Below, piece by piece: positions 1-8,896 of a DNA stretch of 64,000 bases; position 1 is the stretch's first letter; each line of letters begins with the position of its first letter. This DNA comes from Patescibacteria group bacterium (GTDB lineage Bacteria; Patescibacteriota; Patescibacteriia; JBHPGJ01), in NCBI GenBank assembly GCA_042570545.1, contig JBHPGJ010000007.1:275-64274 (forward strand), in the 5' to 3' direction. The position numbers were made by a program, and so were the translations under genes. The notes under the pieces are model-generated. The model did not search any database. It was not told where the DNA came from and worked only from the letters and a program-made list of their open reading frames with translations.

Positions 1-246
1 AAACCTGGTCCTAGTTCGGATTGAAGGCTGCAACTTGCCTTCATGAAGCTGGAATCGCTAGTAACCGCGCATCAGCCACGGCGCGGTGAATACGTTCTCG
101 GGCTTTGTACACACCGCCCGTCACGCCAAGAGAGTCGGTAATACCCGAAACCCCAGTTACACTGGGTCTAAGGTAGGATCGATGATAGGGGCGAAGTCGT
201 AACAAGGCATGCGTAGCGGAAGCTGTGCATGGATCACCTCCTTTCT
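1..246 (+). rRNA. rrs: 16S rRNA, 3'-terminal fragment (gene continues upstream of window)
   Basis: Conserved 16S 3' domain motifs (GTACACACCGCCCGTCA, GTCGTAACAAGG) ending in the anti-SD GGATCACCTCCTTTCT at 231-246. Confidence 0.85.
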
Positions 247-904
247 AGGGAGTTTAAAACAATCTCTACTAGAGATAGGTCGGGAAGCCGGACATATTTT
301 GTCCGTAAACTTCAGTTGACGTTTGTTATAAGTATTATGATCGCATTATTGCTTGTCAAAGCTTTACGCGTTTTTTGATATTTGGGCAGGGTACGAAATA
401 TACGACCAAAACTCCGATCATGCTGTGTCAGAGGTCGTGTTTCTGCCCTGTCCTCAAGGTCTGGGCAGGCAAATACAGGTGAAGTGCGATGGTGTGACAA
501 AGTAAATTCGCCTGAGTCGCGAGCAACCTGCCCCGACGGGGCATGATATTGAGGACCGAAATGCGGTCGTAGAAACGAGCGTGTCAGCTCTTCAATATCA
601 CCCCCAAAGTTATTTGGACGGGGACTGAAAGTTAACTGGACACACCAGTTGATCCAATTGCTGAATCAGCATACAGCTGGACCCAGCTTTCGTTCCCGTC
701 CATTCATTGGGCAGAAGTTTCTTTTGGAACAGCCATTGATACGCCGTCAACCGTAAGGGAGATGGATGAGGACCTGCGGCTCCTTGAGCAGTATCAGTGG
801 AGGCCGAAAGAACTTCTGCCTTTTTATTTTACCCTTGTCAATTAAGCAATTTTTTGTTATCTTATGATACGATTCAATTGGAATCGCAGTTTTTAGAAAC
901 TCAC

Positions 905-981
905 GGGCGATTAGCTCAGCTGGTTAGAGCGCGTCACTGATAATGACGAGGTCCGAGGTTCGAATCCTCGATCGCCCACCA
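905..981 (+). tRNA. tRNA-Ile (anticodon GAT)
   Basis: Cloverleaf GGGCGATTAGCTCAGCTGGTTAGAGC...; anticodon stem CGTCA/TGACG with loop CTGATAA; GTTCGAATCC T-loop; CCA encoded. Position +/-1. Confidence 0.8.
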
Positions 982-996
982 TCGGCAATTAGTGAT

Positions 997-1071
997 GCCT
1001 GGGTAGCTCAGTGGTAGAGCGCTTGCTTGAAGAGCAAGGCGTCGACAGTTCAATTCTGTCTCCAGGCACCA
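997..1071 (+). tRNA. tRNA-Phe (anticodon GAA)
   Basis: GCCTGGGTAGCTCAGTGGTAGAGC...; anticodon loop TTGAAGA; T-arm GTTCAATTC; CCA encoded. ORF 1011..1199 in the track is a shadow over this tRNA. Confidence 0.8.
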
Positions 1072-1097
1072 GTAGTTGCGGATATTATAACCTACGC

Positions 1098-1174
1098 CGG
1101 GGTGTGGCGCAGTTGGCTAGCGCGCGTGCTTTGGGAGCACGAGGTCCCGGGTTCGAGTCCCGGCACCCCGACCA
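1098..1174 (+). tRNA. tRNA-Pro (anticodon TGG)
   Basis: CGGGGTGTGGCGCAGTTGGCTAGCGCG...; anticodon stem CGTGC/GCACG with loop TTTGGGA; GTTCGAGTCC; CCA encoded. Confidence 0.8.
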
Positions 1175-1195
1175 TAACTATGCTATATTAAAACC

Positions 1196-1459
1196 ATGAT
1201 TGGCTGGATCGCATGGGGATTTTTTATGGGGCTTACGGTAATAGCCTTTTTTACTTGGTTGAAAAAAGCACCACGATATAAAAATAAAGAATACTCTAAC
1301 ACACCAACGGCCGTTACGTTTCATTCTCTCCCCAGAATAGTTTTGGTCGAGTTTATAGTATTAATGGTATTTCTGTTTACCGATACAAATAAGCTATATA
1401 TAATGTGGCTTTTTCCCATTGTGTGGTGGATCATGTTAAAGGTATTTCCGAAAAAATAA
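1196..1459 (+). CDS. hypothetical small membrane protein (2 predicted TM)
   Basis: ORF track; hydrophobic segments; no recognisable family. Confidence 0.3.
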   Translation: MIGWIAWGFFMGLTVIAFFTWLKKAPRYKNKEYSNTPTAVTFHSLPRIVLVEFIVLMVFLFTDTNKLYIMWLFPIVWWIMLKVFPKK

Positions 1460-1498
1460 ATTTCAGCATTTTAACCAGAAAAGTGATATAATATTCTT

Positions 1499-1792
1499 AT
1501 GACACGAGAAAATTATGAAGGTACGGCCCATGCCGACCTACCACGTAATACCGAGCTTGAAAAACTTGAGCGGGACAACGCAGTCTCAAGGGTGCTAGTG
1601 CAACTAGAAGAGCTTGGTGTCCAGAAAGATTGGGAAGACGCTCCCGGCGGTATTGAAAAAGGCGAGCTCAAAGATCAGTTACGGCAGCTGGAAATTGGTC
1701 AGCATATAGACGGGATGTTGTCAGACGGTACGCGCTGGCAAGTCAAACGCCTTGGCGCGATCGAGTATGACGTAACAACTGCCAAAGAGTAA
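1499..1792 (+). CDS. hypothetical protein, paralog of 4470..4784
   Basis: About 40% identity to ORF 4470..4784 over shared motifs (AH.D.P, LxELGVQKxWE, PGGIE, KRLxxIxYDV). Confidence 0.5.
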   Translation: MTRENYEGTAHADLPRNTELEKLERDNAVSRVLVQLEELGVQKDWEDAPGGIEKGELKDQLRQLEIGQHIDGMLSDGTRWQVKRLGAIEYDVTTAKE

Positions 1793-1851
1793 AAATATAA
1801 TGTAATTGTCTCTTGAACGACATATGAACTTTTTTCTATACTAATAACACT

Positions 1852-2061
1852 ATGAATGACAAAAAATACATGCCCGGCTTTGTCCCGGTTCGTTATCGAG
1901 TGACTGGTACAATTTTACTGGCCACTAGCGGCATTGTACTGGTCCTGATGGCCATTGATGCCATCTTTGGCTGGCCCAGCCTGCCAACTCAATGGTGGTA
2001 TATCGGAATAGCCTTGATGCTGATTGGTTTGTATCTGGTATTTGTAGTGCCAAAAGAATAG
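1852..2061 (+). CDS. hypothetical small membrane protein (2 TM)
   Basis: ORF track; two hydrophobic helices. Confidence 0.35.
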   Translation: MNDKKYMPGFVPVRYRVTGTILLATSGIVLVLMAIDAIFGWPSLPTQWWYIGIALMLIGLYLVFVVPKE

Positions 2062-2135
2062 TAATGAATCACAACATCAAAGAAGTATAAATAGCGGATT
2101 CTGGTATACTAAATTAAGCAAAGGAAACAATTTTC

Positions 2136-2849
2136 GTGAAAACCACAGCTCTTACCATAGCGCTTATCGGTACAATTGGTGTCTTTATATTTGCCTATCT
2201 TATTGCTAATGATAAAGCGGTGACCATGCAAAGTTCACAACCAAATAATCAACCGGTCGTAAACTTGCCTAGCCCAATATTGGATAGCGATGTTTCGCTG
2301 GAAAAGACCCTAAGTGAACGACGCTCCGGCCGGGACTATAAAAATGAGCCGCTAACGCTATCTGAGGTATCTCAACTGCTATGGGCGGCTCAAGGCATAA
2401 CTAATGAACAATGGGGCGGGCGGACAGCCCCATCGGCTGGGGCACTCTATCCACTAGAAGTTTATCTCATTGCTGGTCAAGTAAATGACTTAGCGGCTAG
2501 TGTTTACCGTTATGTACCCGAGGGTCATAAACTGGTTAAAGTTCTGAGTGGTGATAAACGGTCGGAACTAAGCGCTGCGGCCCTTGATCAGGTTTATGTT
2601 GCCGAAGCCCCGATTGATATTGTTATCGCCGCTGTTTATGAACGGACCACAGGTAAATATGGCGAACGCGGTGTTCGCTACGTTCATCTGGAAGCTGGCC
2701 ATGCCGGACAAAATATTGCCTTGCAAGTTGTGCGTCTTGACTTGACTGCCGTTACCATTGGAGCTTTTGATGATAATGAAGTAGTTAAGATAATCGGTGC
2801 CGGTGATAACGAAACGCCACTTTATATAATTCCTGTCGGCAGAAAATAG
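2136..2849 (+). CDS. SagB-type dehydrogenase / nitroreductase-superfamily protein with N-terminal TM anchor
   Basis: Motifs RRSGRDY...LSEVSQLLWAAQG...PSAGALYPLEVYL typical of SagB/ThcOx-type nitroreductase-fold proteins; N-terminal hydrophobic helix. Confidence 0.6.
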   Translation: MKTTALTIALIGTIGVFIFAYLIANDKAVTMQSSQPNNQPVVNLPSPILDSDVSLEKTLSERRSGRDYKNEPLTLSEVSQLLWAAQGITNEQWGGRTAPSAGALYPLEVYLIAGQVNDLAASVYRYVPEGHKLVKVLSGDKRSELSAAALDQVYVAEAPIDIVIAAVYERTTGKYGERGVRYVHLEAGHAGQNIALQVVRLDLTAVTIGAFDDNEVVKIIGAGDNETPLYIIPVGRK

Positions 2850-2887
2850 GCTCAGCAAAACCGGCCGAATTATGATATGATGAATAC

Positions 2888-4477
2888 ATGAATAGGTTAG
2901 GAAAATGGCTATTAATTACTTTATTGGCGGTTATTGTTATTTCGGTAGCGCTTAATATATTACTAGAACCAAAGTTTGGATCAGATATTAATTCTGAAAA
3001 TACCAACACCGATCAAGACAGCGATAGCATTGCCTTTACCGTAAATATTCCCGCCAATACATCTGACGGTGATATTATTTATTTGGAGTATTTTGGTTTA
3101 GAGGGTATGACTCAGGCTAAGATGTCTGAAACAATTGATGATGTTTATACTGTAAGTATTCCAATTGAAAATTTTGAAAAAAGAACCGGCACCGCCGATG
3201 CCACGGTTGGTAAATATCGTTATAACCGCAATGGCTGGGGCTGGGTAACTTCAGAATATCTTGAGCCAGATACCCTGCAATTTTATAATAATGATCTTGG
3301 CCGAGAAGTAACATTGACACCTGGACTGGAAGAAAACGATATAATCGACCGTTGGCGCTGGTTTCCTGTTGGCGATATTAACAACACCTCAAATATTGAA
3401 CCAGTTGCTGAATGGCAGGCTCGGCTGAATGATCAGACATTCTGGTCCGGCCAAATTGTTGAGGATCTCTATACAAAAGAATATGATCCCCACTTTGATT
3501 CACTAGCGCAAAAGCTAGTTGATCAGGGCTATGCCTGGGCTGGTTTTGCCCCGCCCTGGCAGTGGCAGGGAGTAGATCCTCTGCCGGTGCTGGGTAATTC
3601 TTACGATTATGGTTCAACTGATCATCCTAACTATCCGACTTATGAGAAGTTTGTCGAGCATATGAAAGCTTTTACTGACCAGGGATTGGAAGCTTATGTC
3701 TTGGCCCAGATCTGCTGCAGTGAGTTTGATAATTTACCAGTTGAGGGCCGTTCACTTGAATGGCAACAAGCTTATGCCGATGAGATTGAGAAATTTCACC
3801 TCTTTCACGCTCGCGCCGCCGAAGAAGCCAGAGCCCAAGCCTATCTATTTGATGCTTATTCTATTCCTGCTTTGGCCGAGATCAATGCCGTCGACAGGAT
3901 GGCGGAAATGTTAGTAAAAATTAGAGAAATTTTTACGGGCCAGATCGGCACTCACGTTTCAATCTTTCTACCCGATGACAGTCCTACTTCACAAGGCATA
4001 ATCCCTCAAGTCCAGGATATAACCTGGGGCGATTTAGTTGATTTCTTTGTGCTTAGAGCTGAGGGATCGCTAGCCGAAAAAGATGACCCCACTGACGACG
4101 AACTTAAAACCGGTGCCGCCGCTATTGTTGATGAGGCCAAGGTTCTATATGAAACATTCAATAAACCGGTGGTGGTGCGGACCCAATATTACTCGATCAA
4201 GCAAGCCTGGCGCGGGCCTGATTATTACCACTCCGGCAAGATACCGGCCCATGAGACAGCCGAGGATGCTTGGGAGTCACCACAAACATTCTCCGGCCAA
4301 GACCAGGCTCGGGTGGTCAATGCTTATCTGCAGGCCATTGCTGAGCGTCCTTGGGTGATCGGTTATTTCAACTTTGGCTATACGCACTGGGAAATGCCGC
4401 TCTATCCTGATTGGAATACCAGAGGCAAACCAGCTGATGATGTTATTAGAAAGTGGAACGAACTAATTTATGAATAG
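2888..4477 (+). CDS. secreted/anchored hypothetical protein (529 aa)
   Basis: N-terminal signal-anchor (LLITLLAVIVISVAL), Trp/Tyr-rich; no confident family assignment. Stop overlaps the start of the next ORF. Confidence 0.55.
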   Translation: MNRLGKWLLITLLAVIVISVALNILLEPKFGSDINSENTNTDQDSDSIAFTVNIPANTSDGDIIYLEYFGLEGMTQAKMSETIDDVYTVSIPIENFEKRTGTADATVGKYRYNRNGWGWVTSEYLEPDTLQFYNNDLGREVTLTPGLEENDIIDRWRWFPVGDINNTSNIEPVAEWQARLNDQTFWSGQIVEDLYTKEYDPHFDSLAQKLVDQGYAWAGFAPPWQWQGVDPLPVLGNSYDYGSTDHPNYPTYEKFVEHMKAFTDQGLEAYVLAQICCSEFDNLPVEGRSLEWQQAYADEIEKFHLFHARAAEEARAQAYLFDAYSIPALAEINAVDRMAEMLVKIREIFTGQIGTHVSIFLPDDSPTSQGIIPQVQDITWGDLVDFFVLRAEGSLAEKDDPTDDELKTGAAAIVDEAKVLYETFNKPVVVRTQYYSIKQAWRGPDYYHSGKIPAHETAEDAWESPQTFSGQDQARVVNAYLQAIAERPWVIGYFNFGYTHWEMPLYPDWNTRGKPADDVIRKWNELIYE

Positions 4478-4784
4478 AGAAAAACATGATAGCTCGGCCC
4501 ATATCGATCAGCCAATTGACAAAGATGATGAACGAGTCAGGAAAGAAATAGGCATAACTCAAGCCCTGGACAGACTCGGTGAACTTGGCGTGCAAAAGAT
4601 GTGGGAAGAAGAAGATCAAAGCGATATCTATCCCGGTGGAATCGAGCAGCAAGTACGTGAGTTATTACCCGGCCAAAGTCTGGAAGGTATTTTACCAAAT
4701 GGCGAAAAATGGAAACTTAAGCGCTTAAGCAATATTGATTATGACGTTGAAGTGACACCTGGCCAGGAGGAGCAGGGCACCTAA
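4470..4784 (+). CDS. hypothetical protein, paralog of 1499..1792
   Basis: Shares the LGELGVQK / PGGIE / KRL..IDYDV motifs with 1499..1792; 8-nt overlap with the upstream gene suggests translational coupling. Confidence 0.55.
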   Translation: MNREKHDSSAHIDQPIDKDDERVRKEIGITQALDRLGELGVQKMWEEEDQSDIYPGGIEQQVRELLPGQSLEGILPNGEKWKLKRLSNIDYDVEVTPGQEEQGT

Positions 4785-4830
4785 CTACGTGCTTTGACAG
4801 AAAATAATACCATCGTATAATAATAGCAAT

Positions 4831-5523
4831 ATGGAAAATCCAAGGCACAAAGATCTAAAGAAAAAAGTAATATTTATCACAATTTTTACTATATTGGGAC
4901 TGGTAGCGCTGCAGTTTTCATTTACCAAAATAATCGGTTCGGATGTTAGCTTTACCGTGTTTGATTTCTTTGGACCGCTGGCTACTGGTTTTGTTGGACT
5001 GATACCCGGCGTAATAGCCGTCTTCTTAATGCAACTGGGGAATTTTATTATTCACGGTGCCCAGGTGGTTGATGCCGGTACTATTATCCGCTTTTTCCCT
5101 ATGCTTTTTGCTGCCTGGTACTTTGGCCGCAAGGGACGCTTCAATATAATAATTCCAATGTTAGCAATAGTCGCATTTATTGCTCACCCCATTGGCCGGA
5201 CTGTCTGGTATTATTCAATGTTCTGGTTGATCCCTATCATCGCTTACTTCTTCCGTGATCGCTGGCTATTGGCTCGGGCGCTGGGTACGACCTTTACCGC
5301 TCATGCTGTTGGCAGTACTCTGTGGATCTGGGTATTTACCTTACCGGCCCCAGTCTGGATATCCTTAATCCCCATCGTGGCTATCGAGCGGTCACTTTTT
5401 GCCGTTGGCATTGCCGCCACCTATATGGTCTTAAATAATGTTCTGAATTACTTGGTAGAAAAAGAAGTCGTAAAATGGCGACTGATGGTGGATGAGCGCT
5501 ACTTGTGGAGATTTGCTAAATAA
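4831..5523 (+). CDS. integral membrane protein (about 6 TM), unknown function
   Basis: ORF track; multiple hydrophobic helices. Confidence 0.5.
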   Translation: MENPRHKDLKKKVIFITIFTILGLVALQFSFTKIIGSDVSFTVFDFFGPLATGFVGLIPGVIAVFLMQLGNFIIHGAQVVDAGTIIRFFPMLFAAWYFGRKGRFNIIIPMLAIVAFIAHPIGRTVWYYSMFWLIPIIAYFFRDRWLLARALGTTFTAHAVGSTLWIWVFTLPAPVWISLIPIVAIERSLFAVGIAATYMVLNNVLNYLVEKEVVKWRLMVDERYLWRFAK

Positions 5524-5582
5524 TATAGACTTAGTAGAATTCTAAGAGCCACGACATTACGTGGCTTTTGGATTAATATAAT

Positions 5583-6860
5583 ATGGAAAAATACCAGCGT
5601 TATTATCAAGCAGTCAGCTATCTGGAAAATCTTAGTAATTTGAAGCAGCAGCAGGACTATATGAATGATCACCGCCGACCGGAGATATTTCTCAAGCGAA
5701 TGCGTGAGTTTTTGCGTTTATTGAATAATCCCGACCGGAATTTGAACTTTATTCATCTGACCGGTACCGCCGGCAAAGGCACGGTCGCTATTATGCTGCA
5801 GGAGATATTGTTGGCTAGCGGCCAGAAGGTCGGCTCGTTTACCTCGCCATTTGCTACCACCTCAATTGAGAAAATTAGAATAAATAATAATTATATCTCG
5901 CCCCATAAATTTGCTGATCTAGTAGAAGAATTAAAGCCAATTATTGACCAAGCATACAGCCAAAGTCGTTATGGCGGCCCGTCGTATTTTGAGATATTTT
6001 TAGCCCTAGCTTTACTTTATTTCAAGAGAGAAAAATGTGATTGGATAATTTTGGAGGCCGGCGCCGGCGGCAGTTATGACGCTACTAATGTAATTGTTAA
6101 ACCTAAGATTACCGCCATTACTAATATCCACCTAGATCACACCCAGATACTGGGCAATACTCTAAAACAAATTGCCACGGATAAAGCGGGAATTATTAAA
6201 AAGAATTCAACTTTTTTCACTACCGAGAAACGCCCGGCCCTGCAAAAAATATTTCAATATCAATGTCGCAAGAAAAAATCAAGATATAATTTAATTGCCG
6301 CCGGTAACAATTATCAGTCCGCTAACGAAGCATTGGCTCAAGCTATTGCTGGGCACCTGGGTCTTGATAATCAAGCTATCCATGCGGGAATAAAAAGAAC
6401 TAAGCTGCCTTGCCGTTTTGAAGTGATGCAGAAAAATCCGCTGGTGATATTGGATGGTGCTCATAATGAAATAAAGATGAAAAGCACCGTCAGTAATTTA
6501 CAGAACACAAAATATCGCAAGTTACTATTAGTTGTAGCCTTGGCTGCTAATAAAAAAGCCAAAGCAATACTTAATTCAGTCGTACCATTGGCTGATGAGA
6601 TTATAATAACTCATTTTGAGATCACCCAGCGTAAAAGCTTTCATCCACAAAAGCTGAATGAATTAGTAAAAGGTTTGAAAAGGAAGCAAACCAAATCAAC
6701 AATTATGCTTGATCCTAACCAAGCGATGCAACGGGCACTAAAGAAAGCCAGTAAAAAAGATTTAATTCTGGCCACCGGCTCATTTTTCTTAACCGGGGCT
6801 TTGCGAAAGCACTGGTATACTGAAAGTTATATTCTTAAAAACCGAACCAGCTTTCGCTGA
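5583..6860 (+). CDS. folC: Mur-ligase family folylpolyglutamate synthase / dihydrofolate synthase
   Basis: P-loop HLTGTAGKGTV, Mur ligase central-domain motifs (ILEAGAGG, HLDHT), FolC-like length (425 aa). Confidence 0.65.
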   Translation: MEKYQRYYQAVSYLENLSNLKQQQDYMNDHRRPEIFLKRMREFLRLLNNPDRNLNFIHLTGTAGKGTVAIMLQEILLASGQKVGSFTSPFATTSIEKIRINNNYISPHKFADLVEELKPIIDQAYSQSRYGGPSYFEIFLALALLYFKREKCDWIILEAGAGGSYDATNVIVKPKITAITNIHLDHTQILGNTLKQIATDKAGIIKKNSTFFTTEKRPALQKIFQYQCRKKKSRYNLIAAGNNYQSANEALAQAIAGHLGLDNQAIHAGIKRTKLPCRFEVMQKNPLVILDGAHNEIKMKSTVSNLQNTKYRKLLLVVALAANKKAKAILNSVVPLADEIIITHFEITQRKSFHPQKLNELVKGLKRKQTKSTIMLDPNQAMQRALKKASKKDLILATGSFFLTGALRKHWYTESYILKNRTSFR

Positions 6861-7038
6861 GCGAGCTGAATTTCTTGACAAAAGAATTTATATTTAATAA
6901 GGTACCAATTCGATATTATTGTTGTTTTTCTTTTGACAATATGGGGTGTTGCTAATGCAGCATTGCTCAACACCTGGCAGTGGCCGTCAACACTGCCCAC
7001 CCCGACACTATTTGTTCTAGAAACCACAGTTTATAGGT

Positions 7039-7122
7039 GGAGAGGTGCCAGAGCGGCTTAATGGGCCGGTCTTGAAAACCGGTAGCTTCGGCTCGCAGGT
7101 TCGAATCCTGTCCTCTCCGCCA
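7039..7122 (+). tRNA. tRNA-Ser (anticodon TGA), long variable arm
   Basis: GGAGAGGTGCCAGAGCGGCTTAATGG...; anticodon stem CCGGT/ACCGG with loop CTTGAAA; extra arm; GTTCGAATCC; CCA encoded. Position +/-1. Confidence 0.8.
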
Positions 7123-7142
7123 TTTTTCTTTCTTGTTACGCT

Positions 7143-7219
7143 CGTGGCGTAGCGCAGTCCGGTAGCGCGCCAGCTTGGGGAGCTGGATGTCGCTGGTTCA
7201 AATCCAGTCGCCACGACCA
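7143..7219 (+). tRNA. tRNA-Pro (anticodon GGG)
   Basis: CGTGGCGTAGCGCAGTCCGGTAGCGCG; anticodon stem CCAGC/GCTGG with loop TTGGGGA; GTTCAAATCC; CCA encoded. Track ORFs 7017..7301 and 7175..7375 are shadows over these tRNAs. Confidence 0.75.
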
Positions 7220-7349
7220 AATATGCGCCGTACGTGCAATCGTCCGGCGCTTTTATCTTACATTGACAAAAGACGGACGTGTGATAAAGTCGGGCTGTCA
7301 TTTTGGGGGGAATGTTTGTATGATCTTTTGAAAAAATCCAAAAAAGAGG

Positions 7350-8393
7350 TTGATCATGATCAGGAATACGGATAAAGATTTAAGCACAGCCGAGAAGGTT
7401 ACCCAAGTGGTAAAGCGGATAATCGGTCAAGCTTGGAGTGAGACCGGCGATAAGATCGGCGGCTTTGCCGCCAGTGGTGAAGTACCGCACCGAGCCAGGC
7501 GCTTTAGCCTAGCTATCGACGGCGTTGGCTCTAAGCTGCAGATTGCACGGTTGCTGGGTCGGCACGATACAGTCGGTATTGATGGCGTCATCATGCCGGC
7601 AATGGATGTCTATGCCGATGGATTCATACCCCATGCTGTAGTGGATTATTTTTCCACTTACAAATTCAACGAGCAGCAGATAGAGCAAGTCCTGGCCGGT
7701 ATTGTAGCTGGTTGTCAGCAGCTTGGCTGTCAGCTGATAGGCGGCGAAACGGCATTTCACCCCGAACTGCACCGGCCAACCACCTATGATCTGGCTTGCG
7801 CCTGTTTGGGCTTCAGCACCGCCCAGCTGCGTCTTGATCCCCGGCATCGTATCAGACCGGGCATGACGATCTGGGGCTGGTTGTCTTTTGGGCTGGGCAG
7901 CAACGGCTACACCTTTACTCGAGAAAGCCTGGGACTAGCGGCTGACATCTCTGATGATGCCAAAAGAGCCATATTGCAACAGAAGTTTCCCGATCTGGAT
8001 GACGTACTAGGCAATGTGTTGCTTCGGCCAACGCGGCAATACTTGAATGAGCTGGAAGCAGCCAGGCAGGACGGAGTTAAGTACGAAGGCCTTGCTCACA
8101 TTACCGGTGACGGCTTAGCTAAGAATCTCCAGCGCATTTTACCGCCCGGCTGTCAGGCAGTAGTTTATCGTCAAAGCTGGGAGCGGCCGCCAATATTTAA
8201 TCTGGTAGAAAAACTCAGTGGCTGCTCATACCAGATAACCGATCGGCATCTCAATCAGGGGATACAGTTTATCAGTATTGTCTCCGGCGACAAACATCCA
8301 CAGGACGATAACTGTGTCCAAATTGGCGAGATCACCGAACGTCGGGAAAGAGAACCAGCGGTAGTGATGAGAGGAACCTATTTGGATTTGTAA
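7350..8393 (+). CDS. purM: PurM-like AIR synthase family protein (probable phosphoribosylformylglycinamidine cyclo-ligase)
   Basis: AIDGVGSKL..RHDTVGIDGV..GCQLIGGETA matches the PurM N-domain signature (DGVGTK, GGETA). Confidence 0.6.
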   Translation: MIMIRNTDKDLSTAEKVTQVVKRIIGQAWSETGDKIGGFAASGEVPHRARRFSLAIDGVGSKLQIARLLGRHDTVGIDGVIMPAMDVYADGFIPHAVVDYFSTYKFNEQQIEQVLAGIVAGCQQLGCQLIGGETAFHPELHRPTTYDLACACLGFSTAQLRLDPRHRIRPGMTIWGWLSFGLGSNGYTFTRESLGLAADISDDAKRAILQQKFPDLDDVLGNVLLRPTRQYLNELEAARQDGVKYEGLAHITGDGLAKNLQRILPPGCQAVVYRQSWERPPIFNLVEKLSGCSYQITDRHLNQGIQFISIVSGDKHPQDDNCVQIGEITERREREPAVVMRGTYLDL

Positions 8394-8458
8394 CCTAGTT
8401 GTTTTGAGCGCTTAGCTTTTAGTAAGCAGGCGCTCTTTTAATTTGCTATAATACAATC

Positions 8459-8896
8459 ATGAAATTAGTTATTCAACGAGTAACTTCAGGTCAGGTAAAA
8501 GTAGGTGATAATATTATTAGTGAGATAGGTAATGGGTATGTGGTATTAGTTGGTACCAAGAAGGGGGACGATCAAGAACAGGCAGATAAATTAGTACAGA
8601 AATTATTGAACCTGCGAGTGCTGGCTGATGAAAATAATAAAATGAACAAATCTATTCTTGATACTCAGGGTGAGATATTAGTAATCTCGCAATTTACTTT
8701 ATACGCTAGTACTGACAAAGGTAACCGCCCCAGTTTTATTGAATCAGCTCCACCCGAAGAAGCCAACAGGCTGATAGAATATTTTGTTGATAAACTAAAA
8801 GATAGTAATCTTAAAGTAGTTACTGGAAAGTTTGGCGCCCATATGATGGTTGAATTAGTTAACGATGGTCCAGTAACTATTATCTTAGAGGCATGA
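8459..8896 (+). CDS. dtd: D-aminoacyl-tRNA deacylase
   Basis: N-terminal MKLVIQRV and SQFTLYA motif; 145 aa. Confidence 0.8.
   Translation: MKLVIQRVTSGQVKVGDNIISEIGNGYVVLVGTKKGDDQEQADKLVQKLLNLRVLADENNKMNKSILDTQGEILVISQFTLYASTDKGNRPSFIESAPPEEANRLIEYFVDKLKDSNLKVVTGKFGAHMMVELVNDGPVTIILEA

Noticed and set aside
247-904. RNase P RNA or tmRNA embedded in the 16S-tRNA spacer
   Set aside because: Only fragmentary, non-collinear similarity to RNase P conserved regions was seen by eye (GGGCAGG, AGATGGATGAGG); no P4 pairing partners or tmRNA tRNA-like ends found. Left as an open low-confidence possibility, not called.
1011-1199. 62-aa ORF on the plus strand
   Set aside because: Lies entirely over tRNA-Phe and tRNA-Pro; its translation is just read-through of tRNA sequence.
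7017-7375. ORFs 7017..7301 (minus) and 7175..7375 (plus)
   Set aside because: Both are shadows spanning tRNA-Ser(TGA) and tRNA-Pro(GGG); no SD or homology.
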